A program made the position numbers and the translations under genes. From an uncultured bacterium (GTDB taxonomy: Bacteria > Acidobacteriota > Thermoanaerobaculia > Multivoradales > JAHZIX01), in assembly GCA_965368975.1 (NCBI GenBank), contig CBDUPA010000028.1, positions 1 to 64,000 on the forward strand: a DNA stretch of 64,000 nucleotides, in the 5' to 3' direction. The notes beneath the pieces were generated by a model. It worked only from the letters and a program-made list of their open reading frames with translations, made no database searches and was not told the origin of the DNA. The first letter of the stretch is position 1; each line of letters opens with the position of its first letter. Below are positions 54,758 to 64,000 of this stretch, in pieces.

Positions 54758-56693
54758 CACAACCTCCGTTCCTATCCAGCTTCTCAAGTTGGCTCATTTC
54801 AACAAGAAAGATTCGGGCAAGCCGACTGTGTGCCCAATTCGTCCCTGTTACTGAATCTGTTTCGCCACATCCAACTGACCGTATACGAGAACTCATTACG
54901 CCGCACTCCCGCATCTCTAACCTCACCGCAGATGCTCGCTCTCGACTCTTGAGCATGTTGAACTCAGCGGAGCCAGTTGAGTCAGCAAATCCTTGGATAA
55001 GAACACCAACCTCGGGAAAGGCTCCTAGAAACCTCCTCATCACAGTACACCGTCTTGCAAGATCGCTCTGAATCTCTGGAGAGATCTCACCCGACCCAGA
55101 TGTAAAAGATGACTCCCATCCGAGGACAGGCCTTACCTCAAGCAAACTCTCTTGATAGGCTGCAAAGTCCTCCTGAACCTTGAGCTTCTCTTGGTAAGTG
55201 ATACTGTTTTGATAAAGCAAACTAGGCTCTTTCTGTATCTGATCAAGTAGAATGCCGACTTCCGGATCGTCAAGCAAGTTATCAATCCACGGCTCAGAGA
55301 GCGAAGCAAGGAATGCCCGGCTTTCATCGAGATCGAAAAAGCCAACACGATCTCGCAGTGAAAGAGTCACATCTGCAACTAACCTCCCAGAGCTGTCCGA
55401 CGACCCCGCAGTGCTAAGCCACCTACCAACGACTTCTTGACCAACTCTCGCAAATCCATCTTCCTCTTGTCTCATAAGAGCGACGCTCGCAAACCAGTTT
55501 CGAGTGAATCTGTAGATGTCCTCTCGCTTGGACCTAAGCACCCTCATTGTTGTGATGAACAAGAAGGCAGCTCTTCGAGGTCCCCGAGCAGTAGAGCACA
55601 GCTCTACAACATCAGGTTGGCCGATAAATCTGCTCAACTGGGGCTCCCTCAAGCTAATAGCTGCCTTTCTCGGCAATCTCGCACCGCCAAACTCAGCTGA
55701 GTCAGGGTCCATCTCAGCAACCCAACCTCTCGCTTCAAGTACGTCACGACAGACTTCCAAGGCAGGGTCCTCTCCACTGGATACCAAGATGGTCTTTTCG
55801 ACATCTCGCGCAAACTGCTTGAGAACCTTCGCGTCTATTAGGATAGAGTGGCCGCCGAGTGAGTAAGAACCTACGAACAGAACTACTGGATGCTCAACGG
55901 CGAGAAAAGGTTCAGTTCCAACCAAACTCTCCAACTCACCCAGGCTGAGCGTGATCAGATCTGCAGAACCTTCCGCAAGTGACTCAACTCTCGCCGCAGC
56001 AGTACCATCTGTTTTGACTAAATTTCTATCAGTACTAGTCGATTGCGGAGCGCCTGAATGAACTTCCCGATAGCCGGAAAGACCTGCGAGATTTCCAACC
56101 CAGTCATCGGTATGTACTGTCAGATTGGCTCGCGAGGCAATAAGCCAAAAGCAAACTACAACAGCGGCAACAAGCAGTAGCCCACCAACCACTAGGAGCG
56201 CTCGACGTTCTGATCGGCGGTTGAGATCTTCTGAGGGGGGCTGGGCCTCGACGCTCAGACTAGCGACCATCCCCCGACCTAACTTGAGCTCCTGAGCTTC
56301 GGAAGAAAGGTAGTCCGATATATCCTCCAGGAGAGCCTTCATGGGCTCCTTGCCAAGCCAATCACTTACTCCGGTCGTTGCACCTCCCAGAGTCGGTAAA
56401 TCTACACTCTTGAGAACAGTATCAATACACTCTCTGAGGGCTTCGAAATGTGAATCAGTTGTCACAATAATCACTGCCGTCTGAACTGGGCGGACAGATA
56501 GGAGCGTTGAGAGCTGTTGTTCAAGATCAGCTAGCAAGGAGCTATCAGCTCGACTGACAATGAATACGGTTACGTCTCCAAGTCTGGGTACGCCAAGCTT
56601 CGCAATATCGGCGGACGCTTCTTGTATATCGACGGAAATCAGGCCAACTCCGCTGTTCATCCAAGCCTCCGTACCTACATCGCCCTCAGACAA
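54735..56693 (-). CDS. Membrane protein with periplasmic-binding-like region and C-terminal OmpA-like peptidoglycan-binding domain
   Basis: One TM helix (~aa 165-185); 'IQGFADSTGSAEFNMLKSRERASAV...GCGE' OmpA_C motif. Confidence 0.8.
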   Translation of the reverse strand: MSEGDVGTEAWMNSGVGLISVDIQEASADIAKLGVPRLGDVTVFIVSRADSSLLADLEQQLSTLLSVRPVQTAVIIVTTDSHFEALRECIDTVLKSVDLPTLGGATTGVSDWLGKEPMKALLEDISDYLSSEAQELKLGRGMVASLSVEAQPPSEDLNRRSERRALLVVGGLLLVAAVVVCFWLIASRANLTVHTDDWVGNLAGLSGYREVHSGAPQSTSTDRNLVKTDGTAAARVESLAEGSADLITLSLGELESLVGTEPFLAVEHPVVLFVGSYSLGGHSILIDAKVLKQFARDVEKTILVSSGEDPALEVCRDVLEARGWVAEMDPDSAEFGGARLPRKAAISLREPQLSRFIGQPDVVELCSTARGPRRAAFLFITTMRVLRSKREDIYRFTRNWFASVALMRQEEDGFARVGQEVVGRWLSTAGSSDSSGRLVADVTLSLRDRVGFFDLDESRAFLASLSEPWIDNLLDDPEVGILLDQIQKEPSLLYQNSITYQEKLKVQEDFAAYQESLLEVRPVLGWESSFTSGSGEISPEIQSDLARRCTVMRRFLGAFPEVGVLIQGFADSTGSAEFNMLKSRERASAVRLEMRECGVMSSRIRSVGCGETDSVTGTNWAHSRLARIFLVEMSQLEKLDRNGGCDGYTQGS

Positions 56694-57796
56694 GTTGCAA
56701 TAGATTGATAAACTTCAGCGAGATACTCTCTCATTGCATCTTCCGAGTGATCCTTAGATAATTCTTCACCGAGATTGAGTCGGTCAGTGTATGCCGCCAA
56801 CTCCTTCCGGAAGTAGGGTATGACGAAAACGTTGCCGGGGCGATGCCACCTTCTCTTTCCGTCGGTGGTTGTAACTGAACCAATTGCTCGCGCAATGTGT
56901 TCCAAATAGGTCTCACGTAGGCTGCTGCCCATTTCGCGTAGAGGTGTAGCAGCTGTCCTATAAAATGAAACGAAGTCTAGAGGACTCCCTACGGCATCCG
57001 AATTTAGCAAGGACTCAAGTCCCTCGACTGCGCTCCGACTCTTCCAAAGACGTTCATACCACGCATAGTCCTTCGAGAATGCGTGCAGATTCAGAACATG
57101 AATCAACTGCTCATTAGCAGTGAACCACTTCTGTCCATTCTTGGTAGTTACGGCTTCTAATTCAGTCAAGGTTCTCTCGATGGCCGAAACCTCGTCAAGT
57201 CTGTCTGTACCGAGAGATGCCAGCGTCCAGACGAACCAGATATAGAGATTGAAGCTCCTTATTCCGTCGAAGCTGCCACCATGCAGAGATTGAGCTTCAA
57301 TGACCTCTCGAATATCTGGGCGGTCTGAGAAGCGAGCTAGATACCTTTTAGACACGTTAGGACTAAAGTTGGTCAGATGAAGCCCGGTATCCACGATGCA
57401 CCGTATCGGGTTAAAATTGGGTCGAACTCCGCGACCATTCAGAACGTGTGACAGGATATTATCAAGATCTCTGAGGACGCCCAGTCCTCCCTCCCACGGC
57501 AATGACCCAAAGACGTCCCCTTTGCGATCTGGGAACACGAGATAATGATTGTCGCTCTGATGAGGCTCTCGGGGAATCGGAGCAATCTTAAATCCAGAAT
57601 CCGCCAAAGTTCGGATACTCCTTGGATCTATCAATGGCAGAAGGACCCCTGAGAGATCGTTATTTTGATAGTTTAAGTCAACAAATAGGCTCGGCCTATT
57701 CTCGTGAAGAGAGAACAGAACATATGATAAGGAGCAGAGTGTCTTACCAACTCCTCCCTTACCACCAGAAATCAGGTGCAGACTTGGATCTTTCAT
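56675..57796 (-). CDS. ParA/MinD-like P-loop NTPase
   Basis: Deviant Walker A 'ISGGKGGVGKT', 'FVDLN', 'IVDTG'. Confidence 0.8.
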   Translation of the reverse strand: MKDPSLHLISGGKGGVGKTLCSLSYVLFSLHENRPSLFVDLNYQNNDLSGVLLPLIDPRSIRTLADSGFKIAPIPREPHQSDNHYLVFPDRKGDVFGSLPWEGGLGVLRDLDNILSHVLNGRGVRPNFNPIRCIVDTGLHLTNFSPNVSKRYLARFSDRPDIREVIEAQSLHGGSFDGIRSFNLYIWFVWTLASLGTDRLDEVSAIERTLTELEAVTTKNGQKWFTANEQLIHVLNLHAFSKDYAWYERLWKSRSAVEGLESLLNSDAVGSPLDFVSFYRTAATPLREMGSSLRETYLEHIARAIGSVTTTDGKRRWHRPGNVFVIPYFRKELAAYTDRLNLGEELSKDHSEDAMREYLAEVYQSIATCLRAM

Positions 57797-57822
57797 TATT
57801 TTCCTCCGATGGAGTGCGCCGA

Positions 57823-58554
57823 CTAGGTTAGTACTATCTGCAATATAGCTGCTATCAACTGAAGTAAAGGAATCACTAGAGCCAGTGCAACCGAAACACT
57901 CCTTCGGAGAGCCGAAAGCCCATCCTCATACCTGTTCTCAAGGAGAGCGAGATACTTATCCAGCACCATAAATCGGATAATCTCTTCCATCTTAGCCATC
58001 TTCGATGTTTCGATATCTCTAGCGATGCTCTCGGTATTGAGCTCAGATTGTTTCAAGAACTCCTCGCTAGCGAGGCTGTCTGCATCAAGCATATCCTTTG
58101 CAAGCAACTCTAGGTGTGAACGGATTTTACTCAAAGAGTTCGTCTTCTGCCTGGACTCTCGATTTCGCAACCTCCGCGCGTAAATCGCAACTGGTATGAT
58201 TACGTCAATGGTTGCTACTCCCAGTGCAAACAGGCCGAGGATGACCCAAGCCTTCAACATGTCCAACGGAGGTAGTGACGTAGCAGCTCTAGCGTAAACT
58301 ACAAGAAAGAAGATATGTCCGCCTAACGCAGCGAACAGAGCCGGACTCGTAAATGCAGAACTCTCTGACATGAGCGCCAATGAGTCAAAGGATCGGAAAT
58401 GCATCCAACTCAAGGCGAGAAGGATTAGCGAGATCAAAACCGCAAGCACTTGGCCAGCGATTTCGTAGCCAGCAAGACTAGCTACTCCATATAGGATAAA
58501 ACCAAGAATCGAAATACCCAGCAGAAGACCTCGAACTCTTGCGGTGTTCCTCAT
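57823..58554 (-). CDS. Multi-pass membrane protein (about 4 N-terminal and 1 C-terminal TM helices)
   Basis: Hydrophobic segments; GGAG RBS before MRNTAR. Confidence 0.7.
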   Translation of the reverse strand: MRNTARVRGLLLGISILGFILYGVASLAGYEIAGQVLAVLISLILLALSWMHFRSFDSLALMSESSAFTSPALFAALGGHIFFLVVYARAATSLPPLDMLKAWVILGLFALGVATIDVIIPVAIYARRLRNRESRQKTNSLSKIRSHLELLAKDMLDADSLASEEFLKQSELNTESIARDIETSKMAKMEEIIRFMVLDKYLALLENRYEDGLSALRRSVSVALALVIPLLQLIAAILQIVLT

Positions 58555-59353
58555 AATTACTCCGTAAAAGATTGAAACACTCGGACATGCTGCCATTCAG
58601 GAGACCAAATTGTACGGTACAACTACCTTGTGGCATGCAGCCCGGCGTGAAACATGTAGTCATTCTTCACAGTCAGTCTAGTTCGTTTGCTGCCTCCTCG
58701 GAACAAGGTCTGACATGCCAGTGACAACGCTTGGCATGCTCATGATCTAGCAATTCTGATACCTACAATCGCTCCTTTACGGACTTAGAGATTCTAGCGA
58801 CAATAGCCTCCGAGGTCAAGGAAGTGCTTTAAGTTCTTTAAGTGGTGCTTTCCTGCGCTTTCCGTGCCTCGTGGCCTCAAGTTGGAGGGCTCCTTCCAGT
58901 TCGCTGTTCCGGGAGTACGGAAGATATCCCCGGCACCGGGCGACAAATCCCGCTCTCCCGGCATGATCTCCCGGCTCGGCACGAGTTCGTATCAAGAGGG
59001 GTTTATCGAGGGTCTCGCGGCACAGAGCGCGAGCCTCCCGCTCTAGCGAGTTGGTAGCCGAGCACCCTGGATAACCTCGATTGGACTAAGCCGCGGTCGG
59101 ATCAGCTATGGGGATTGAATGGGCAAGCTGTCGCCTGGGTGGGGGTTGGCACGAGTTGGTGAGGACATCGAGGCGGTTGTCGGAGCCGATTGCTTCCGAG
59201 ACCGGCTTCGGCTGAGCTGTTGACAGGGGCAGCGGCAAAACCGAGGCAAGCTGGTAGCTGTCGTTCCGCGACATGTGGACGCACCTCGGGCGGGCATCAC
59301 CGAAGGATGCGGTTCTGAGTCCGGCAGTGTTGGTCTGCGAGATCGAGCGGTCC

Positions 59354-60568
59354 TCATGACGAATCGATTCCTTCGACAGCCGTAGCGTGGTCGGGCCAGT
59401 GTCTGAAGACCTCGACGCAGACGAGTTGCCCCTGTCGGCACTCGGGACAGCGTCGCGAGAGCAGATCGACGAGCGGCTGCGGTAGCGTGGCTTCGCCGCC
59501 GAGTTCGTGCTGTGCAGCCACGCTCGCCTGCTGGTTGACCTCGATCAGTTCGCGCGCTCGCTGGAGCTTCTCGGCTCGTGACCGGTTGGCCAGGAAGCCA
59601 AAGTGCCGGATGCGCACGAAGCGGTCGGGCAACACGTGGAGCAGAAAGCGCCGGATGAATTCCTCAGCGCTCAAGGTCATCGTTCGGCTGCGGTTGTGGT
59701 GTCGGTAGTCGCGCCAGCGAAACGTCACCTGCCCATCGGCGACATCGACGATCCTGGCGTTGGAGATGGCGACCCGGTGTGTGTACCGGCCCAAATACGC
59801 CATCACCTGCTCAGGTCCACCAAAGGGTGGCTTGGCGTAGACGATCCATTCGCTGCGGCGAGCTGGCTCCAACCACTGCTGGAAGGCTTCAGGCTCTTGC
59901 AGTCGGGCTAGCGCCCCTTCGAGGCGCAGTTGCCCGCTGCGGTGGAGCTCACCGAGGGCTTCCAAGAAGACGCGACGAAAGTAGCGCGAGAGCACCCTGA
60001 CCGGTAGGAAGAAGCCAGGGCGGCACGAGATCCAGCGCTGAGCATCTGGACCAAAGCCACCACCCGGGACGATGCAGTGCAGGTGGGGATGAAAGCTCAG
60101 CGTTTGACCCCAGGTGTGGAGCACGGCCAGGAAACCGATCTCGGCTCCCAGGTGGCGCGGATCCGCCGCGATGGTGCGTAGGGTCTGGGAGGTGGCCTGA
60201 AACAGCAGCGAGTAGATCTGGCGCGGGTTCTGCAAACCGATGCTGGCGATCTGCTGCGGTACGGTGAAGACGACGTGGAAGTACTCGACGTCCAGCAACT
60301 CACCCAGACGGGCTTCGAGCCAGCGGATCTGCGCCCGACACTGGCACTTCGGGCAGTGCCGATTGCGGCAGGAGTTGTACGAGATCTGCCGAAGGCCGCA
60401 GCGCTCGCAGGCGTCCACATGACCGCCCAGCGCAGCCGTGCGACAGCTCTGCAGCGTCTGTAGGACTCGCTCGTGGCCCAGGCGCACAGCGCCGCCCTGA
60501 GCCTGGCGGTATCTTTCGCTGTAACGTCGCAGCACCTCGGCCACCTCCCACGGTGGCCGGGCCATCAC
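59354..60568 (-). CDS. IS91-family (Y2 HUH) transposase
   Basis: 'CRTAALGG', 'YNSCRNRHCPKC', 'HVVFT', 'LHTWG..L.FHPHLH', 'YLGRYTHRVAISN'. Confidence 0.95.
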   Translation of the reverse strand: MMARPPWEVAEVLRRYSERYRQAQGGAVRLGHERVLQTLQSCRTAALGGHVDACERCGLRQISYNSCRNRHCPKCQCRAQIRWLEARLGELLDVEYFHVVFTVPQQIASIGLQNPRQIYSLLFQATSQTLRTIAADPRHLGAEIGFLAVLHTWGQTLSFHPHLHCIVPGGGFGPDAQRWISCRPGFFLPVRVLSRYFRRVFLEALGELHRSGQLRLEGALARLQEPEAFQQWLEPARRSEWIVYAKPPFGGPEQVMAYLGRYTHRVAISNARIVDVADGQVTFRWRDYRHHNRSRTMTLSAEEFIRRFLLHVLPDRFVRIRHFGFLANRSRAEKLQRARELIEVNQQASVAAQHELGGEATLPQPLVDLLSRRCPECRQGQLVCVEVFRHWPDHATAVEGIDSS

Positions 60569-61407
60569 GCACTCACATCAGGCAGCGACTCCAGAGGGCT
60601 GACGACGTCCCGTAGCTTCTTCTGTGAGACGTGCGTATAGATGGCCGTAGTCCTCAGGCTGCTATGACCGAGCAGCACTTGGATTGTGCGCAGGTCAACG
60701 CCGTCCTCGAGCAGATGCGTGGCGTAGCTGTGGCGAAGACTGTGCAGGGTCACGTGCAGCCCGTCGAGATCACGCAAGACCTTGCAGCATGCTTTGCGCA
60801 CCGAGCCTGCGGCCATGGGGTGATCCGGATTGCGGCCGGGAAACAGCCACGCTTGGGGACGGTATTGCAGCCAATACTGGCGCAGAGTCGCCAGCAGCGT
60901 AGCGGGCAGAGGCACCTGCCGCTCTCGACCTCCCTTGCCATGGCGAACACGGACAAGCATGCAAGAGCTATCGATATCGTCAACTCGCAGGCGGAGGGCT
61001 TCGCCCGTACGCAGACCACAGCCATACAGCATCATCAACACGCTGCGATGCTTGAGATTGTGCACTGCACCGAGAAAGCGCGCGACCTGCTCGCGGCTCA
61101 GGACCAGTGGCAGCTTCTTGAAACCCCTGGGGACGGGGATTGTCTCGACATCCCAAGTGCACCGTAGAGTCGTACCGTAGAGGAATCTCAGCGCTGACAC
61201 CATCTGGATCAAGACTCTCGGCGACATCCCGTGCTCCTTGAGCAAGTGAATCTGGAAGTCACGAATCTCCTGTGGACCCATCACCGATGGACAGCGACAG
61301 AAGTACTCAGCGAATCGAGCTACATGGCGGATGTAGATGTCCTGAGTCGCCGGGGAGAGATTACGGATCTGCATGTCCTCGAGCATGCGCTGACGTAAGG
61401 GAGTCAT
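60565..61407 (-). CDS. Tyrosine recombinase associated with the IS91 transposase
   Basis: 'MTPLRQRMLEDMQIRN', 'YGCGLR..E', 'GKGGRER', 'HSLRHSYATHLLE.G.DLRTIQ.LLGH', 'TTAIY'. Confidence 0.95.
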   Translation of the reverse strand: MTPLRQRMLEDMQIRNLSPATQDIYIRHVARFAEYFCRCPSVMGPQEIRDFQIHLLKEHGMSPRVLIQMVSALRFLYGTTLRCTWDVETIPVPRGFKKLPLVLSREQVARFLGAVHNLKHRSVLMMLYGCGLRTGEALRLRVDDIDSSCMLVRVRHGKGGRERQVPLPATLLATLRQYWLQYRPQAWLFPGRNPDHPMAAGSVRKACCKVLRDLDGLHVTLHSLRHSYATHLLEDGVDLRTIQVLLGHSSLRTTAIYTHVSQKKLRDVVSPLESLPDVSA

Positions 61408-61693
61408 CAGGGGCTCCTTTCTTGGAGTTACTGGGAGGGCTACTCCAAGATTTTGCCCATACAGGCAGCTCGTTAGACGCAGATACGCAAGAAGTATCGA
61501 CGAGAGAAACTGCTGGAAGGGGCGAAGGAGGGAGGGCGCTCAGCGAAGACTGAGACCTACAATCGCCACCGCTGGCCCCGAAGCGGCTCTGATACCGCGG
61601 AGCGGTTTAGTCCTATCGCGAACACGGCGAGTGGTCAACGGGACCAGCTCGGATTTCTCGTGGAAGGGCCGGTTTTCCAGTACTTCTTCCGGT

Positions 61694-61870
61694 CACCCAG
61701 CAAGGATTTCGTCTAGCCTGTCCGCCCAGCGGGCCAAGGCTTCGGCCTTCTCGGGGCAGAACTGTTCCGGTCGTAGACGGAGGTGATGCCGCTCTCGACG
61801 TGGTTGAGCGGCCTCGAGATCCCAGGCGCGAGATGCCCATCGAGATCATGCAGCTAGCTACCGTTCGCGA
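61694..61870 (-). pseudogene. Degenerate 3' remnant of the element integrase
   Basis: DNA is homologous to 50439-50615, with indels. Confidence 0.7.
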
Positions 61871-62030
61871 GTCGTGTGGCGCAAGCTAGTGGCAAGGGGT
61901 GTGGGGAACCCCTGGAGGGCGTGGACGGAGGAGCCCAGGTGGTCAGATACCCGGCGGCGTGGTCCCAGGCTGGAGGTAGTCTCTCCACGATGGAGGGCGG
62001 CGATGGGATCCCATGCGGCGAGAGAATGCT

Positions 62031-62516
62031 TCACTCTTCCAGGTGAGCGAGTGCCTTCTCCAGCAAGTCATCGGAGACATACAGACCTACCCTGCGCAGA
62101 TTGATCAGAATAGGGCGTGCAGCCTGGATCAGGCCCTTTCGTTTGGCACGCAGGACGATACCGAGAGTACCGATCACCTCAACACCAAGCGCTTGAGCGC
62201 ACCGACGTGCTTCGAGGTCGTCGACAACAGCGCGATCAGCTTTCAGGTCGAGGGCTTGTGCTAAGACTTCCGACTCCCCGCGGCCCAGATCCCAGGCGGC
62301 AATCTGTCTCGGAATGTCGATTCTTGACGCAACTCGAACGTTTGCCTCGGATTGCAGCTCATCGAGAGAACGCTGGCCGTCTGTCTTGACCTGGACCTCA
62401 CGAGCTACCGCATCGGGAATGATCAAGTCCTCGGACAGTCCCAGCAGTAGAGGTGTTTGCTTCACCTTGCCGAGCAGAATCAAAGGAGAAGCATTGACCA
62501 CCCAGCGCTTACTCAT
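62031..62516 (-). CDS. DUF3368-family PIN-domain toxin
   Basis: 'VVNASPLI.L', 'LGRGESE', 'VDDLEARRCA', 'GTLGIVLRAK'. Confidence 0.9.
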   Translation of the reverse strand: MSKRWVVNASPLILLGKVKQTPLLLGLSEDLIIPDAVAREVQVKTDGQRSLDELQSEANVRVASRIDIPRQIAAWDLGRGESEVLAQALDLKADRAVVDDLEARRCAQALGVEVIGTLGIVLRAKRKGLIQAARPILINLRRVGLYVSDDLLEKALAHLEE

Positions 62517-62760
62517 ACTCGATCTCTTCGATCAGCTCCTCGTAGGTGACCTGGCAGGCAGGAACCTTCCGACGGTACAGTTCGTCAAGAAAATCCGCAC
62601 GACTAAGTCCAGCAATCTCAGCGGCCTTGCCCTGGGAGACCAGGCCTTGTGCATACCACTGGACGCAAGCGGCAGTCTTCATCTCGGTAGCAAACTCCTT
62701 CGGCGAGAGTCGCAAAGCAGAGAAGGTCTCTGGTGGCATGTCGTAGGAAATGGTGGCCAT
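62509..62760 (-). CDS. UPF0175-family antitoxin
   Basis: 'WYAQGLVSQGKAAEIAGLSRADFLDEL'; overlaps the PIN gene. Confidence 0.9.
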   Translation of the reverse strand: MATISYDMPPETFSALRLSPKEFATEMKTAACVQWYAQGLVSQGKAAEIAGLSRADFLDELYRRKVPACQVTYEELIEEIEYE

Positions 62761-62813
62761 CGTTTGTCTCCGTATCCAGCACCAGGAACATATTGGCGCG
62801 ACTGACACCTGCA

Positions 62814-63980
62814 TCACCGGCCCTGATCCTGGCCAATCAGTTCTTGCAGTTTAGCAGCCCAACGCGCCAAGGCATCCCGCTTCTCAGGGTCGTACGAGTG
62901 ACGGTCGTAGACCGAGGTGATGCCGCTCTCGACATGGTTGAGCAGCTTCGAGACCACCAGCCGCGAGATGCCCATTGAGGTCATGAAGGTGGCCGCCGTC
63001 CGGCGTAGATCGTGAGGCACAAAGTCGACTCCTGCCCGCTCGGCGATGCGCTCAGCGGCCTTCTGCACCGCGACGATATGGCGACCCGGCTTGCGCGGAC
63101 TCGCAAACACCCACACCCCCTTCCCCGTCAAGTGACGTAGCTCGTCGAGCAGCGCCAGTGCTTGCGGTGCGAGTGGCACGCGGTGGGTGAGGCCGTTCTT
63201 GGCGACGTCAGCGGGGATCGTCCACCAGGAACCGTCGATGTGCCGCCAGCGCATCTTCAACACCTCGATGCCGCGCTGCGCGGTCAGCAGCCGCATGCGG
63301 AAAGTCGCCGCCATCACTGAGTGCTCGTCGTCGAGAGCCTGCCACAGGCGGCGAATCTCCTCTTCGCTGAGCACCCGCTCGCGCGGACGCTCCCGCGCCG
63401 GCATCGGCACCAACAAGCACGGGTTGTGCTCGACGAGCCCACGCCCGATCCCGAAGTTGTAGATCTTCGAGATCAGCGCCTTGACGCGATTGGCCATGAT
63501 CGGCGCGCCGCGCGCAACGATCGCGTCCAGCACCTCCCCCACTTCCCTTCTCCCGATCCCCTTCGCCTTGCGGCTTCTCCACTGCGGCAGAAGGTCGACG
63601 CGAAGGATGCGCTCGTCTTCGCGCCAGCGGCGTTTCTTGATTTTCGCGTGGCGCTCCAGGTAGGTCTCGGCCATCTCCCCGAAGGTCACCGCCTCCCGCT
63701 CGGCGACCTTCTCGACCTGAGGATCCTCGCCCTTGGCGATCGCCGCCAGCTTTTCGCGTGCCTCGTCGCGGGCCTCGGCCAGGCTCATCAGCGGATAGAC
63801 ACCGAGGTTGAGGCGGCGCTTGCTGCCGCTTGAACCCTTGTACCGCACGATGAACGTCTTGCGACCGCTCTTCGAGACGCGCACTCCGAAGCCGGGCAGC
63901 TGCGCATCCCAGTAGTCGGTCATCCAGCGCCCGGCGGTAAAGGTATCGATGGTGCGGTGGGTCAGGTGGGCTTTGGGCAT
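62814..63980 (-). CDS. int: P4-like tyrosine integrase of element C
   Basis: Close paralog of 50439-51593 with all catalytic motifs present. Confidence 0.95.
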   Translation of the reverse strand: MPKAHLTHRTIDTFTAGRWMTDYWDAQLPGFGVRVSKSGRKTFIVRYKGSSGSKRRLNLGVYPLMSLAEARDEAREKLAAIAKGEDPQVEKVAEREAVTFGEMAETYLERHAKIKKRRWREDERILRVDLLPQWRSRKAKGIGRREVGEVLDAIVARGAPIMANRVKALISKIYNFGIGRGLVEHNPCLLVPMPARERPRERVLSEEEIRRLWQALDDEHSVMAATFRMRLLTAQRGIEVLKMRWRHIDGSWWTIPADVAKNGLTHRVPLAPQALALLDELRHLTGKGVWVFASPRKPGRHIVAVQKAAERIAERAGVDFVPHDLRRTAATFMTSMGISRLVVSKLLNHVESGITSVYDRHSYDPEKRDALARWAAKLQELIGQDQGR

Positions 63981-64000
63981 GCTCTCCCTCACCGCACCGG

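Larger units (their letters stand above)
59078..61618 (-). mobile_element. IS91-family element carrying a tyrosine recombinase
   Basis: Two-gene cassette bounded by imperfect inverted repeats CGATTGGACTAAGCCGC (59078-59094) and GCGGTTTAGTCCTATCG (61602-61618). Confidence 0.8.

Noticed and set aside
60565-61407. Integron integrase with cassettes
   Set aside because: No IntI-specific insertion or attC array seen; the gene is coupled to an IS91 transposase.

Overview
GC-rich bacterial accessory region with no housekeeping core. Positions 1 to ~32,850 are the right-hand part of a long-tailed (siphovirus-like, HK97-type head) prophage: PolX-like gene, three ribbon-helix-helix regulators, a TPR protein facing a 37-aa peptide ORF, M15 endolysin, tail/tape-measure/head/portal/terminase genes, an iteron-bearing origin, a patatin and two DNA methyltransferases. 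The prophage appears to be inserted inside a radC/JAB gene. The rest of the window is a tandem array of at least three related integrative elements (A ~32,850-41,696; B ~41,697-53,347; C ~53,348 to beyond the window), separated by tRNA-Thr(CGT)-derived att remnants. They share parts of a core of tyrosine integrase, SprT-like/JAB (RadC) fusion and a small conserved ORF, but carry different cargo. A: NYN protein and an Rhs toxin with a papain-like tip followed by a degenerate MglA-like GTPase in the immunity position. B: HSP90-like ATPase fused to an NDT/TIR-like domain, a TPR protein, and a peptide deformylase-methyltransferase-SEC-C fusion. C: membrane protein, ParA-like ATPase, OmpA fusion, orphan TRAP DctP, an IS91-type element and a PIN toxin-antitoxin pair. 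All calls come from motif recognition by eye; no database searches were run.
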